In this document: positions 16,678 through 25,187 of the stretch, in pieces
Layout: each line of letters starts with the position of its first letter
Numbering within the stretch: the stretch's first letter is position 1
Origin: Microcystis aeruginosa NIES-843
GTDB taxonomy: Bacteria; Cyanobacteriota; Cyanobacteriia; Cyanobacteriales; Microcystaceae
DNA: 32,000 bases
Direction: 5' to 3'
Assembly (NCBI RefSeq): GCF_000010625.1
Contig: NC_010296.1
Span: 5,610,001-5,642,000, forward strand
The notes under the pieces: model-generated
The model's database searches: none
What the model saw: the letters and a program-made list of their open reading frames with translations, nothing else
Told to the model about the DNA's origin: nothing
Position numbers and translations under genes: made by a program

Positions 16678-16731
16678 GGGGTGTGGGGTGTAGGGTGTAG
16701 GGTGTGGGGTGTGGGGAAGTGGGGTGTGGGG
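16678..16731. repeat. (GGGGTGT)n G-rich heptamer array with variants
   Basis: Read directly. Confidence 0.9.
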
Positions 16732-16816
16732 AGACCACTTCGTGCGCGTTGCGGGGGGAGATGGGGAGAATAAATCAAAGCAATCTCCTATCTCCTGAAT
16801 ACTGACTCGGAGAATA

Positions 16817-16858
16817 CTGATAACTGATAACTGATAACTGATAACTGATAACTGATAA
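16817..16858. repeat. (CTGATAA)x6 heptamer array, ending 11 nt before the rnpB 3' end
   Basis: Read directly. Confidence 0.9.
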
Positions 16859-16869
16859 AGGAGAGAGTC

Positions 16870-17366
16870 AGACATAAGCCGAATTCTGTATTTCCCAACA
16901 GCAGTAAAATCGCTTTTACCTTTGTTGGAATAGAGGTTATCTATCTGGGATAATTGTCACCAATTACCTCAAGCGGTTCCTAAGAACGGGACAGGAAAAA
17001 GACCAACCTTTGTCCCTCCACCTTGCTCCCCACCGGGGTTTACCGAGCCAGTACCTCTCGATACTGCTGGTGCGCTCTTACCGCACCTTTGCACCCTTAC
17101 CCCCAATCAGTTATCAGTTATCAGTTATCAGTTATCAGTGGAAAGTTATCAGTGGAAAGTTATCAGTTATCAGTGAATTTACTTTCGTTACTGTTTACTG
17201 ATCACTGTTTACTAATCACTGAAAAAAGGGGCGGTATTTTTCTGTGGCACTATCCTCACGCTCGCGCGCACTGGACGTTATCCAGCAAGTGTGGTCTTTC
17301 GGGAGTTCGGACTTTCCTCGCAATCATTGATCAAATGATTCCGCAACCTCTAGACCAACTCTCTCC
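16870..17366 (-). ncRNA. rnpB: RNase P RNA (bacterial type A), about 497 nt
   Basis: The reverse strand reads GGAGAGAGUUGGUCUAGAGGUUGCGGAAUC...GCGAGGAAAGUCCGAACUCCCGAAAGACC...GUGCCACAGAAAAAUACCGCC...GGUAAGAGCGCACCAGCAG...GGUAAACCCCGG...ACAGAAUUCGGCUUAUGUCUGACUCUCUCC. It contains the universal P4 strands GAGGAAAGUCCG and ACAGAAnnCGGCUUA. The 5' GGAGAGAGU pairs with the 3' ACUCUCUCC to form P1. Confidence 0.9.
17108..17221. repeat. Heptamer-repeat block (CAGTTAT family and TTACTGA-like units) inside rnpB
   Basis: Read directly. On the RNA strand it sits immediately 3' of the conserved ACAGAAAAAUACCGCC, which is the P12 position. Confidence 0.85.
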
Positions 17367-17422
17367 TATTCTCTAGTATGACTTACCAGAGACTCGATCG
17401 CTCATATATCCTAGTCAATAAT

Positions 17423-17450
17423 CAGTGATCAGTAAACAGTGAACAGTGAA
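17423..17450. repeat. Degenerate heptamer array (CAGTGAT, CAGTAAA, CAGTGAA)
   Basis: Read directly. Confidence 0.8.
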
Positions 17451-17516
17451 AAGACAGCAGGAAACTGCTATTTAATACTGCTCGCTTAATACATACTGCT
17501 CACTTAAAACTCAAAT

Positions 17517-17542
17517 CTGATAACTGATAACTGATAACTGAT
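17517..17542. repeat. (CTGATAA)x3.7 array abutting the hydrolase start codon
   Basis: Read directly. Confidence 0.9.
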
Positions 17543-17544
17543 CA

Positions 17545-18372
17545 ATGTCGATCGCTCTAAACGTTAACATTAAAGGTAATGGCTATCCGATCCTCTGTCT
17601 GCACGGTCATCCCGGTTCGGCAGCCAGTATGTCTGTATTTACCGATCATTTTTGCCAACGCTGGCAAACCCTGGCCCCGGATCTGCGCGGCTACGGTAAA
17701 AGTCGTTATCGCCGCGATTTTCAGCTAGAAGAACATCTAGAGGATTTAATCGGGCTGCTCGATCGCCAAAAAATCCAGCAATGTTTAATTCTCGGTTGGT
17801 CTTTGGGGGGTATAATCGCACTGGAATTAGTATTGCGGCATCCCGATCGCTTTCCTGGTTTAATTCTAGTGGCCTCGGCCGCGCGGCCTTGGGGTAGTCA
17901 TCCTCCTATCACCACCACAGATTTAGTTTTGACGGGGATGGCGGCAATTCTCAATCAGATTAAACCGGGATGGTGTTGGAATATTGATACTTTTGCTCGT
18001 CGTTCCCTGTTTCAGTACCTTTTTTCACAACATCAAGCGATCGCCTATCAATATCTCGCTCAAGATGCTGTTCCTGCCTACTTACAAACTTCTCCCTTTG
18101 CCGATCGCGCTTTAAATCGGGCTTTAAAAAAAGGTTACAATTGTTTAAAATCTCTTGACAAAATTACAATTCCCTGCCTGGTTCTGGCGGGGGCAAATGA
18201 TCGCCATATTACCAATGCCTCTAGCCAAGAAACGGCCGAAAAACTGAAACTGTCTCGGTGGAAATGTTACCCAGATACGGCCCATCTGTTCCCCTGGGAA
18301 ATCCCCGACTTAGTTTTAGGGGACATTGATAATTGGTTAGCGGAGCATTTTAGCGATAAACTGGCAGAGTGA
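17545..18372 (+). CDS. Alpha/beta-fold hydrolase (275 aa)
   Basis: HG-type oxyanion motif LHGHPGS, nucleophile elbow GWSLGG and a C-terminal ...DTAHLFPWE with the catalytic His. Confidence 0.8.
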   Translation: MSIALNVNIKGNGYPILCLHGHPGSAASMSVFTDHFCQRWQTLAPDLRGYGKSRYRRDFQLEEHLEDLIGLLDRQKIQQCLILGWSLGGIIALELVLRHPDRFPGLILVASAARPWGSHPPITTTDLVLTGMAAILNQIKPGWCWNIDTFARRSLFQYLFSQHQAIAYQYLAQDAVPAYLQTSPFADRALNRALKKGYNCLKSLDKITIPCLVLAGANDRHITNASSQETAEKLKLSRWKCYPDTAHLFPWEIPDLVLGDIDNWLAEHFSDKLAE

Positions 18373-19504
18373 AGTGAAAACTACTGCCGTGGTCAGGGAC
18401 ACTATCCACCCAAATTTGACCGTAGTGGGCGCGAATAATCTTGCGACAGACCGATAAACCGATGCCATAACCTTCTTTACCCTCATCCCGTTTGAGACGC
18501 ACATGACCCTCAAAAATATGCTCTTGTTTTTCTTCGGGGATGCCGGGGCCGGTATCACTGATGCTCACCTGTACTTTTTGAGTAGTACGATGGAGGACAG
18601 AAAGGGTAATTTCGCCGCCGGCGGGGGTATATTTGATCCCATTCTCCAGGAGATTAATAATCACCTGTCGGATTAACTCCTCATCAGCATAGACGGGGGG
18701 CAGATCTTGGGGGATATCGCTTTGGAAAATTAAAGTCTTTTCCTGAAAAGTATCGGTAAATTGAGACAAAATTTCCTGACAGAGAGATTGCAGATAAAAT
18801 TTACTCTGGTGGAGAGTGAATTGCGCCGCCATGCTCTTAGAAGCTTGTAGAATATCTGTGATCAAACGGTTCATAATCCGAAACTGTTTGCGGGCCTGTT
18901 GGTGCAGTTGTTCTCGTAATTGCAGACTGCGCTCAGTATCCGGTTGATGATAGGCTAATTCTAGGGTTTCCACAGCGATGGAAGCAGCGGTAAGAGGACT
19001 GCGTAAATCGTGGGCTAACATAGCCAAAATTTGGTCTTTAAATTTTAATTGTTCTAATAATTCTTCCTTTTCTTGTTTGAGACGAAAAACCTCATCGGCG
19101 ATGCGGATGAGTTCGCCCGAATGTTCCACCTCTTGAAGTTGTGCATCCTCAGCGTGATGATTTTTGACCTCCTCTTTAATCGCTTTTTGCCAACGTACCA
19201 ACCATTTTTTAAACTGTTCCACCAGATTACTGCCTGCGAGGGTATGACGGGGACCAGGGGCGATTTTGACCAGGGCCGGGGTAGCTACAAGGCGAAAATG
19301 TTCGACTAAATGAGGTTGCTGGCGAATTTCGATGATCTGTAGGTCAATTGGGTAATCAGACTTTAAAGACTGGAGATAGGACTGAATTTGACGGATAATT
19401 TCTTGAGAACTGGGACGGTCATCAACAAACAGCAAAAGTTGAATCGAGAGAGGCGTTGTCGTCTCTCTTCCTAAAGCAGTCAGTGGCTCGTTAGATGGGA
19501 GCAT
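18350..19504 (-). CDS. sasA: Adaptive-response sensor histidine kinase SasA (KaiB-like N-domain, HisKA and HATPase; 384 aa)
   Basis: The N-terminal thioredoxin/KaiB-like segment LLLFVDDRPSS...LVATPALVKIAP, the H-box LAMLAHDLRSPLT, an N-box LLENGIKYTP, and G-boxes DTGPGI and GYGIGLS. Confidence 0.85.
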   Translation of the reverse strand: MLPSNEPLTALGRETTTPLSIQLLLFVDDRPSSQEIIRQIQSYLQSLKSDYPIDLQIIEIRQQPHLVEHFRLVATPALVKIAPGPRHTLAGSNLVEQFKKWLVRWQKAIKEEVKNHHAEDAQLQEVEHSGELIRIADEVFRLKQEKEELLEQLKFKDQILAMLAHDLRSPLTAASIAVETLELAYHQPDTERSLQLREQLHQQARKQFRIMNRLITDILQASKSMAAQFTLHQSKFYLQSLCQEILSQFTDTFQEKTLIFQSDIPQDLPPVYADEELIRQVIINLLENGIKYTPAGGEITLSVLHRTTQKVQVSISDTGPGIPEEKQEHIFEGHVRLKRDEGKEGYGIGLSVCRKIIRAHYGQIWVDSVPDHGSSFHFTLPVYR

Positions 19505-19651
19505 CGGAAAATTAGTAAACCTAGGGATTGACGAGATCGATCGATGATCGATCGACTTTTATCATATTCTTTATTGTAGAAGCTTAAGATAGTATAAAAT
19601 CTACTCAACCTAATCTTAAAGTTTTATTCCTTAATTCTAAGAAGAAATCCT

Positions 19652-21241
19652 ATGGCTTTTGGCTATGTTGCCCTAGTTCTCCACGCGCATCTCCCTTTCG
19701 TCCGCCATCCCGAAAGCGATTACGTCCTCGAAGAAGAATGGTTATACGAAGCAATCACAGAAACCTACATCCCTCTCCTGCAAGTTTTTGAAGGTCTCAA
19801 GCGGGACGGTATCGATTTTAAAATGACCATGAGCATGACTCCGCCTTTGGTGTCGATGCTGCGGGATCCGTTACTGCAAGAGCGTTATGAAGAACACTTA
19901 GGCAAGTTAGAAGAATTAATTGCTAAAGAAATCGACCATAATCAACATAATGGCCATATTCGCTACTTAGCCGAATATTACGCTGAATCTTTCCAAAGTA
20001 TCCGACAAACTTGGGAAAAATACGATCGAGATCTGGTCAAAGCCTTTAAACAATTCCTCGACAGTAATAACCTAGAAATTATCACCTGTGGTGCGACCCA
20101 TGGTTATATGCCCCTGATGAAAATGTACCCACAAGCGGTGTGGGCGCAAATTGAGGTGGCCTGTCAACACTACGAAGAAAATTTCGGTCGTCGTCCCAAG
20201 GGCATTTGGTTGCCGGAATGTGCCTACTATGAAGGGGTAGAAAGAATGTTAGCCGATGCGGGCATTCGTTACTTCCTCGTCGATGGCCACGGTATTCTCT
20301 ACGGTCGTCCGCGTCCCCGTTACGGCAGTTACGCGCCCATTTTCACAGAAACTGGGGTGGCTGCTTTCGGTCGTGACCATGAATCTTCCCAACAGGTGTG
20401 GTCTTCCCAAGTCGGTTATCCGGGGGATATAGTTTATCGGGAATTCTATAAAGATTTGGGCTGGGAAGCGGAATACGAGTATATTAAGCCCTATATCATG
20501 CCCAACGGTCAACGCAAGAATATAGGCATTAAATACCACAAAATCACTAGCCGGGACGGTGGTTTATCGGAAAAAGGGCTTTATGACCCCTACTGGGCCA
20601 AAGAAAAAGCCGCCGAACACGCGGGCAATTTTATGTATAATCGCGAGCGGCAGGTGGAGAGTTTAGCGGGAATTATGGGCCGTCCTCCCCTGGTTGTTTC
20701 TCCCTACGATGCCGAGTTATTCGGTCACTGGTGGTATGAGGGACCCTGGTTTATTGATTTTCTGTTCCGCAAGTCTTGGTATGACCAAAATATCTACCAA
20801 ATGACCCATTTAGCCGATTATCTCCGGTCTAACCCGACCCAGCAGGTCTGTCGTCCTTCCCAATCCAGTTGGGGTTATAAGGGTTTCCATGAATACTGGC
20901 TGAATGAAACTAATGCTTGGATCTATCCTCACCTACACAAAGGCACGGAACGGATGATTGAATTAAGTCATCATGAAGCGGAGGATGAATTGCAGGAACG
21001 GGCTTTAAATCAGGCGGCCCGGGAGTTATTATTAGCACAATCTTCTGATTGGGCGTTTATTATGCGAACCGGTACGATGGTTCCCTATGCTGTCCGGCGC
21101 ACTCGTTCCCACCTGCTGCGGTTAAATAAAATCTATGAAGATGTGAAATCCGAGAAGATTGATGCCGGTTGGCTGGAAAAAGTCGAGGAAATCGACAATA
21201 TTTTCCCCAATATCGATTATCGCGTCTATCGACCCCTGTAA
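19652..21241 (+). CDS. GH57-family 1,4-alpha-glucan branching enzyme-like protein (529 aa)
   Basis: LHAHLPFVRHPE, GIWLPECAY (nucleophile Glu region) and SPYDAELFGHWWYEG, as in GH57 branching enzymes. Confidence 0.85.
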   Translation: MAFGYVALVLHAHLPFVRHPESDYVLEEEWLYEAITETYIPLLQVFEGLKRDGIDFKMTMSMTPPLVSMLRDPLLQERYEEHLGKLEELIAKEIDHNQHNGHIRYLAEYYAESFQSIRQTWEKYDRDLVKAFKQFLDSNNLEIITCGATHGYMPLMKMYPQAVWAQIEVACQHYEENFGRRPKGIWLPECAYYEGVERMLADAGIRYFLVDGHGILYGRPRPRYGSYAPIFTETGVAAFGRDHESSQQVWSSQVGYPGDIVYREFYKDLGWEAEYEYIKPYIMPNGQRKNIGIKYHKITSRDGGLSEKGLYDPYWAKEKAAEHAGNFMYNRERQVESLAGIMGRPPLVVSPYDAELFGHWWYEGPWFIDFLFRKSWYDQNIYQMTHLADYLRSNPTQQVCRPSQSSWGYKGFHEYWLNETNAWIYPHLHKGTERMIELSHHEAEDELQERALNQAARELLLAQSSDWAFIMRTGTMVPYAVRRTRSHLLRLNKIYEDVKSEKIDAGWLEKVEEIDNIFPNIDYRVYRPL

Positions 21242-21268
21242 TCTTTGTTAGAGATTAATAAAAATTTT

Positions 21269-21305
21269 GGTGCGTTATGGTTTGTAACGCACCTTGTTGC
21301 TTTCT
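21269..21305 (+). terminator. Rho-independent terminator candidate after the GH57 branching-enzyme gene
   Basis: A perfect 9-bp stem, GGTGCGTTA (21269-21277) with TAACGCACC (21285-21293), and a 7-nt loop. It is followed by TTGTTGCTTTCTG. Confidence 0.55.
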
Positions 21306-21347
21306 GATTCACTCATTACTTGAGCTCCTGTAGATTTCTGCACTATC

Positions 21348-21556
21348 TAGGGTCTGCTGAATAAATCTAAAAACCTTGTTGGGTAAGACTTTTAGACCTT
21401 TTGTCAATCAAAAAGTACTGGAGCTGGGAGTGATCGGGGGGAAATTTAGGCACTTTTTCCCTGAAAATTAGGTAATTGGCCACCTCAAAACTGGTAAAAC
21501 CCCACACCCCACACCCCACACCCCACACCCTGCCCCCAGGAAAAACTTTTTCAGCA
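21348..21556 (+). repeat. Copy B of the ~200-bp dispersed (MITE-like) repeat
   Basis: Aligns with 9628-9823 in the same orientation. It carries two extra CCCCACA units. Confidence 0.85.
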
Positions 21557-21676
21557 AACCCTATCTACAAAAATAGTACCCAACTTATCGAAAATTTGGG
21601 TTAAAACCCCGTCGTTTTACGACGGCTTTTCCTGATTTTTAATGTAGCACTTAAGAACTTCCAGTGGCGCACCTCT

Positions 21677-21730
21677 CAGTTATCAGTTATCAGTTATCAG
21701 TTATCAGTGGGTAAGTTATCAGTTATCAGA
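21677..21730. repeat. (CAGTTAT)n heptamer array with one interruption
   Basis: Read directly. It ends CAGTTATCAGATGTGAGTTTT, the same junction seen at 9501-9520. Confidence 0.9.
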
Positions 21731-21797
21731 TGTGAGTTTTTAAGTGTGCAGTATTAAATAAGTAGTCGTGCAAAATTAATTTCCTAGTGAAGATAGG

Positions 21798-21825
21798 CAA
21801 GAGACAAGAGACAAGAGGCAAGAGG
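21798..21825. repeat. (CAAGAGA)x2 (CAAGAGG)x2 heptamer array
   Basis: Read directly. Confidence 0.85.
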
Positions 21826-21882
21826 TGGTTAGATATGTGTAATTAATTTTGCTTAGGTACTTAGAAGTTTCCTACTGTCTTT

Positions 21883-21909
21883 TTACTGATTACTGATCAC
21901 TGATTACTA
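21883..21909. repeat. TTACTGA/TCACTGA heptamer array
   Basis: Read directly. Confidence 0.85.
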
Positions 21910-21972
21910 ACCGACTTGGCATTATTGACAGACCTAGTTAGAATAGAGTACAGACACAAATATCTTAACCCA

Positions 21973-23214
21973 ATGAAAGCGAGGTATCAATACCGTATTT
22001 ACCCAACAGACCAACAAAAGAGGCTTTTGTCTCAATTGTTCGGGTGTGTGCGCATTGTCTGGAACGATACCTTAGCTTACTGTCAAGAACTCTATCGACA
22101 AGGGGAGAAAAAGCCAAAATATACCGAGTTATCTAAAAGACTAACTCAAATTAAAAAGACGACAGAAAAAGTCTGGCTGACCGAGGTTTCTTCTATCCCT
22201 TTACAACAGTCTTTGAGAGACTTAGAGACAGCCTATTCTAACTTTTTTGCATCTTGCAAGGGAGAGAGAAAAGGAAGAAAAGTAAAACCTCCTAAATTTA
22301 AGAAGCGTAAATCTAAACAATCAGCGAGATTTACTGACAATGGTTTTACCATCAATCAATATCACGTTACTTTAGCCAAAATCGGTGATTTAAGAATCGT
22401 TTGGAGTCGCCCATTACCCTCTAAACCTTCTAGCGTTACCGTGATTAAAGATGCAGCAGATCGCTATTTTCTCAGCTTTGTTGTCGAGATTCAGCCCGAA
22501 ATACTTCCTAATAACGGGGAGTCCGTGGGAATCGATCTAGGGATTGCTACTTTTGCGACTCTCTCAACAGGGGAAAAGATAGACGCACCGAAACCGTTAA
22601 AGAAACAATTAAAACGGCTAAGAAAGGCACAGAAAAACCTTTCTAGAAAGCAAAAAGGAAGTAACCGACGGGAAAAAGCTAGGAAACGAGTAGCTAAAAT
22701 CCACGCAAAGATTAAGGACACTCGTACTGATTTCTTGCAGAAACTATCCACTAGAGTTGTTCGTGAAAATCAAACGATAATTTTAGAGGATTTAAACACA
22801 TCGGGAATGGTTAAAAATCGTAAGTTATCCCGTGCCATATCAGACTTAGGATGGCGTTCTTTCCGAGATATGCTATCGGCAAAATCTGATAAATATGGGC
22901 GTAATTTTCGGATAATTTCCCGATGGGAGCCAACGTCTCAGCGATGTTCCTGTTGTGGGAATATTGGCGGGAAAAAAGCGTTAAATATCCGTGAGTGGGA
23001 ATGTCTTTTCTGTGGGACTTTTCATGATCGAGACGTGAACGCCGCAATTAATATCAAGGTCGCCGGTGGGCAATCGGAGACTTTAAACGGGCGTGGAGGA
23101 CAGCATAAGACTTCTGTTAAAGAAGCAGCATCTCGTGAAGCGTCAACCCAGCGGTCGGTCGTTCAATTAAGTTTGTTTGATCTGCCGGTCATCACCGTCC
23201 GGCCCCGGCGGTGA
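21973..23214 (+). CDS. tnpB: IS200/IS605-family TnpB (OrfB) RNA-guided endonuclease-like protein (413 aa); no tnpA is present
   Basis: The N-terminal YQYRIYPTDQQKRLLSQLFGCVRIVWN, RuvC-I GIDLGI, RuvC-II IILEDL, a zinc finger CSCCG...CLFCG and RuvC-III HDRDVNAAINI. The start is set at ATG 21973 rather than TTG 21916. Confidence 0.85.
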   Translation: MKARYQYRIYPTDQQKRLLSQLFGCVRIVWNDTLAYCQELYRQGEKKPKYTELSKRLTQIKKTTEKVWLTEVSSIPLQQSLRDLETAYSNFFASCKGERKGRKVKPPKFKKRKSKQSARFTDNGFTINQYHVTLAKIGDLRIVWSRPLPSKPSSVTVIKDAADRYFLSFVVEIQPEILPNNGESVGIDLGIATFATLSTGEKIDAPKPLKKQLKRLRKAQKNLSRKQKGSNRREKARKRVAKIHAKIKDTRTDFLQKLSTRVVRENQTIILEDLNTSGMVKNRKLSRAISDLGWRSFRDMLSAKSDKYGRNFRIISRWEPTSQRCSCCGNIGGKKALNIREWECLFCGTFHDRDVNAAINIKVAGGQSETLNGRGGQHKTSVKEAASREASTQRSVVQLSLFDLPVITVRPRR

Positions 23215-23411
23215 GGATGTCAAAATACAGAAGTAGGCATTGGGAATGGATGATGGCTAATAGCGAAAGTGAAGAGCGGCAGATAGCTTTGGCAATATAC
23301 ACAAATATTAGTCCCGTCCGCTGTCCGCTCGACTGCGCTGTTATGGGGCATATTCATCGATTACCCCAAAATTACATCCGTTTCAGCAACTCATCATACC
23401 CCCCTGATTTT

Positions 23412-25112
23412 TTAGGGCTGCCCGGCCAGTTCCGACTCTAATTTGGCCAGAATCTGGGGTTTAAGTTGCTCGAGTTTCTGTTTTAACATCCGCTTGCTAA
23501 TTTGCGGGCTGCCCACTGAGGCTAATTGACTATCTCTCACCCATTGCTGCAAAATTTGGCATTGATTGGCGGGAATATTAGCGGTGATCACATTTTCACA
23601 GATAGGGCCGCCTTCGAGGGGGAAAAATAAAATCCAGTATTGACCGGTTTCGGCGAGGGTTTTGGTCATTTTTTGACCTTGGGGGGTTTTTAAGTCCAAA
23701 TAACAGGGCAACCAGCGGGGTCCCCATTGACGATGATAGAGGACAGTAATCCAGAGAATCATCGGGTGAGGTGTGGGTAAAAAGAGGAATTGATTATAAC
23801 GGACACTAGCAACCCGGACGGCGATATCCTCTCGAGCCAACATTACCCATAAACTGGCAAAAACGCCGTCAGCAGCCCGGAGACAGCGTGAGAAGACAAT
23901 TTTTTGGCGCGGTTTATCCTCGGGCCAACTGGACTTGAGACAGATATCCCTCGCATTAGCAGCAGAAACAATGGTTTGATTTAAATCATCAAGGGTTTTG
24001 ATTTTGCTGGTGTAATCGTCGGTTTTTTTGACTATTTCATTTTTGACTAGGGGTTCAAGTCGTTCGAGACGTTGTAGTATATCTGTAACACTTGAAGGGC
24101 GATCGCTGGGTGCTTTGGCCAAGCAGCGCAGGATTAACTGTTCTAATTCTGGCGGTAATTGCAAGCTAGAATTAAAGGAACGGGGTTCGGCGTAGTGGTG
24201 AACCTCATACCAACTGCCAAAGGAGGGATTATTGGGAAAAACGGGCGTTTCTCCCGTGAGCATCTCGTACATCATAATCCCAAAACTGTAGATATCGGAA
24301 CGATGATCGAGTTCTTTACCTTCCATCTGTTCTGGGGAACAATAGGCTAAGGTTCCCATAAACGATTGGGTTTGGGATTCTCCTGATTGGATGAGTTTAG
24401 CGATGCCAAAATCGAGAATTTTCACCAATTCCCCTAATCCTGAGTCCTGAATCACCATAATATTGCTTGGTTTGATGTCCCGGTGAATAATCGGACACAT
24501 CTCCCCTTGCAAGATAATACCGTTATGGGCGCATTCCAGGCCGAAACAAATCTGACGGGTGAGATTGAGAAAGCGCGGGAGGGGCAGCGGCTGATGTTTG
24601 ATGATTTCACTCACGCTCTCCCCCGGCAAAAATTCCATGACGTAGAAGGGGACTTCCTTGTCATCTACACCATAATCACGAACTTTAACAATATGAAGAC
24701 TTTTTTCGCCTAAAAGTGCCGAAATAGTCGCCTCTCGCTCGAAGCGCTCACGCATTCTTTGGCTGAGGAGAGTTTGCGAGAGTAATTTCACGGCGACGGT
24801 TACGCCACCTAATAGTTTATCTTCTGCTCGATATACTTGTCCCATGGCGCCGCTACCGATCAACTCGACCAGTTGGTATCGATTGGCAAGTAAGCTCCGA
24901 TGTCTAGATTCTGCCGACATAGCTAGGCTACTGTGTGAATTATAGTGAGTCTGGTGGAGAGAGTTTTGGTTCTTCGTTACTTGGTCTGGTTCGAGCAGGG
25001 GGCATAAATCGACTAAATCCTTATCTGGCAAGAGACTTAATTGATTAGCTCGTTCTAGATCGAAAACAATTGGCAAAAATCGCAGCCATGTCTTTCTATA
25101 TAAGGGTTTCAT
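23412..25112 (-). CDS. Ser/Thr protein kinase (Hanks type) with an unassigned C-terminal domain of ~200 aa. The start is uncertain: 25112, or ATG at 24920.
   Basis: GSGAMGQVY glycine loop, VAVK, HRDIKPSNIMV, DFGIAK and GTLAYCSPEQ. The first 64 codons belong to the duplicated segment also found at 14127-14312. Confidence 0.85.
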   Translation of the reverse strand: MKPLYRKTWLRFLPIVFDLERANQLSLLPDKDLVDLCPLLEPDQVTKNQNSLHQTHYNSHSSLAMSAESRHRSLLANRYQLVELIGSGAMGQVYRAEDKLLGGVTVAVKLLSQTLLSQRMRERFEREATISALLGEKSLHIVKVRDYGVDDKEVPFYVMEFLPGESVSEIIKHQPLPLPRFLNLTRQICFGLECAHNGIILQGEMCPIIHRDIKPSNIMVIQDSGLGELVKILDFGIAKLIQSGESQTQSFMGTLAYCSPEQMEGKELDHRSDIYSFGIMMYEMLTGETPVFPNNPSFGSWYEVHHYAEPRSFNSSLQLPPELEQLILRCLAKAPSDRPSSVTDILQRLERLEPLVKNEIVKKTDDYTSKIKTLDDLNQTIVSAANARDICLKSSWPEDKPRQKIVFSRCLRAADGVFASLWVMLAREDIAVRVASVRYNQFLFLPTPHPMILWITVLYHRQWGPRWLPCYLDLKTPQGQKMTKTLAETGQYWILFFPLEGGPICENVITANIPANQCQILQQWVRDSQLASVGSPQISKRMLKQKLEQLKPQILAKLESELAGQP

Positions 25113-25187
25113 CCCTTATAACCCCCGTCCATTACATAACACAAACCGAAGAACCTTTTTTTCGGGCTAAAAGCATCATTTTTAACA

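Noticed and set aside
16654-16875. ORFs 16654-16875 and 25378-25575, and the N-terminal 25 codons of the rnc ORF (PHPTSPHPTPY...)
   Set aside because: These are translations of the GGGGTGT and CTGATAA repeat arrays. For rnc, the internal ATG at 16663 gives a normal RNase III N-terminus.
17010-17376. ORFs 17010-17201 and 17023-17376
   Set aside because: They lie entirely within, and antisense to, the rnpB RNA gene and its heptamer insert (the ISYQLSVISYQ peptides are translated repeats).
11703-21241. Internal or antisense ORFs within large genes (12257-12496, 12333-12515, 13615-13914, 14964-15317, 15525-15713, 17639-17821, 18337-18558, 19073-19309, 20249-20539, plus similar ones at 5628-5877, 6953-7228, 8074-8304, 22491-23047, 24159-24713, 29636-29869, 30495-30698 and 31591-31803)
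   Set aside because: All are nested in or antisense to ORFs with strong family motifs, and they show skewed low-complexity composition.
23211-23441. 76-aa plus-strand ORF downstream of tnpB
   Set aside because: It has no RBS or recognisable motif. It lies in the expected TnpB right-end/guide-RNA region and overlaps the 3' end of the convergent kinase gene.
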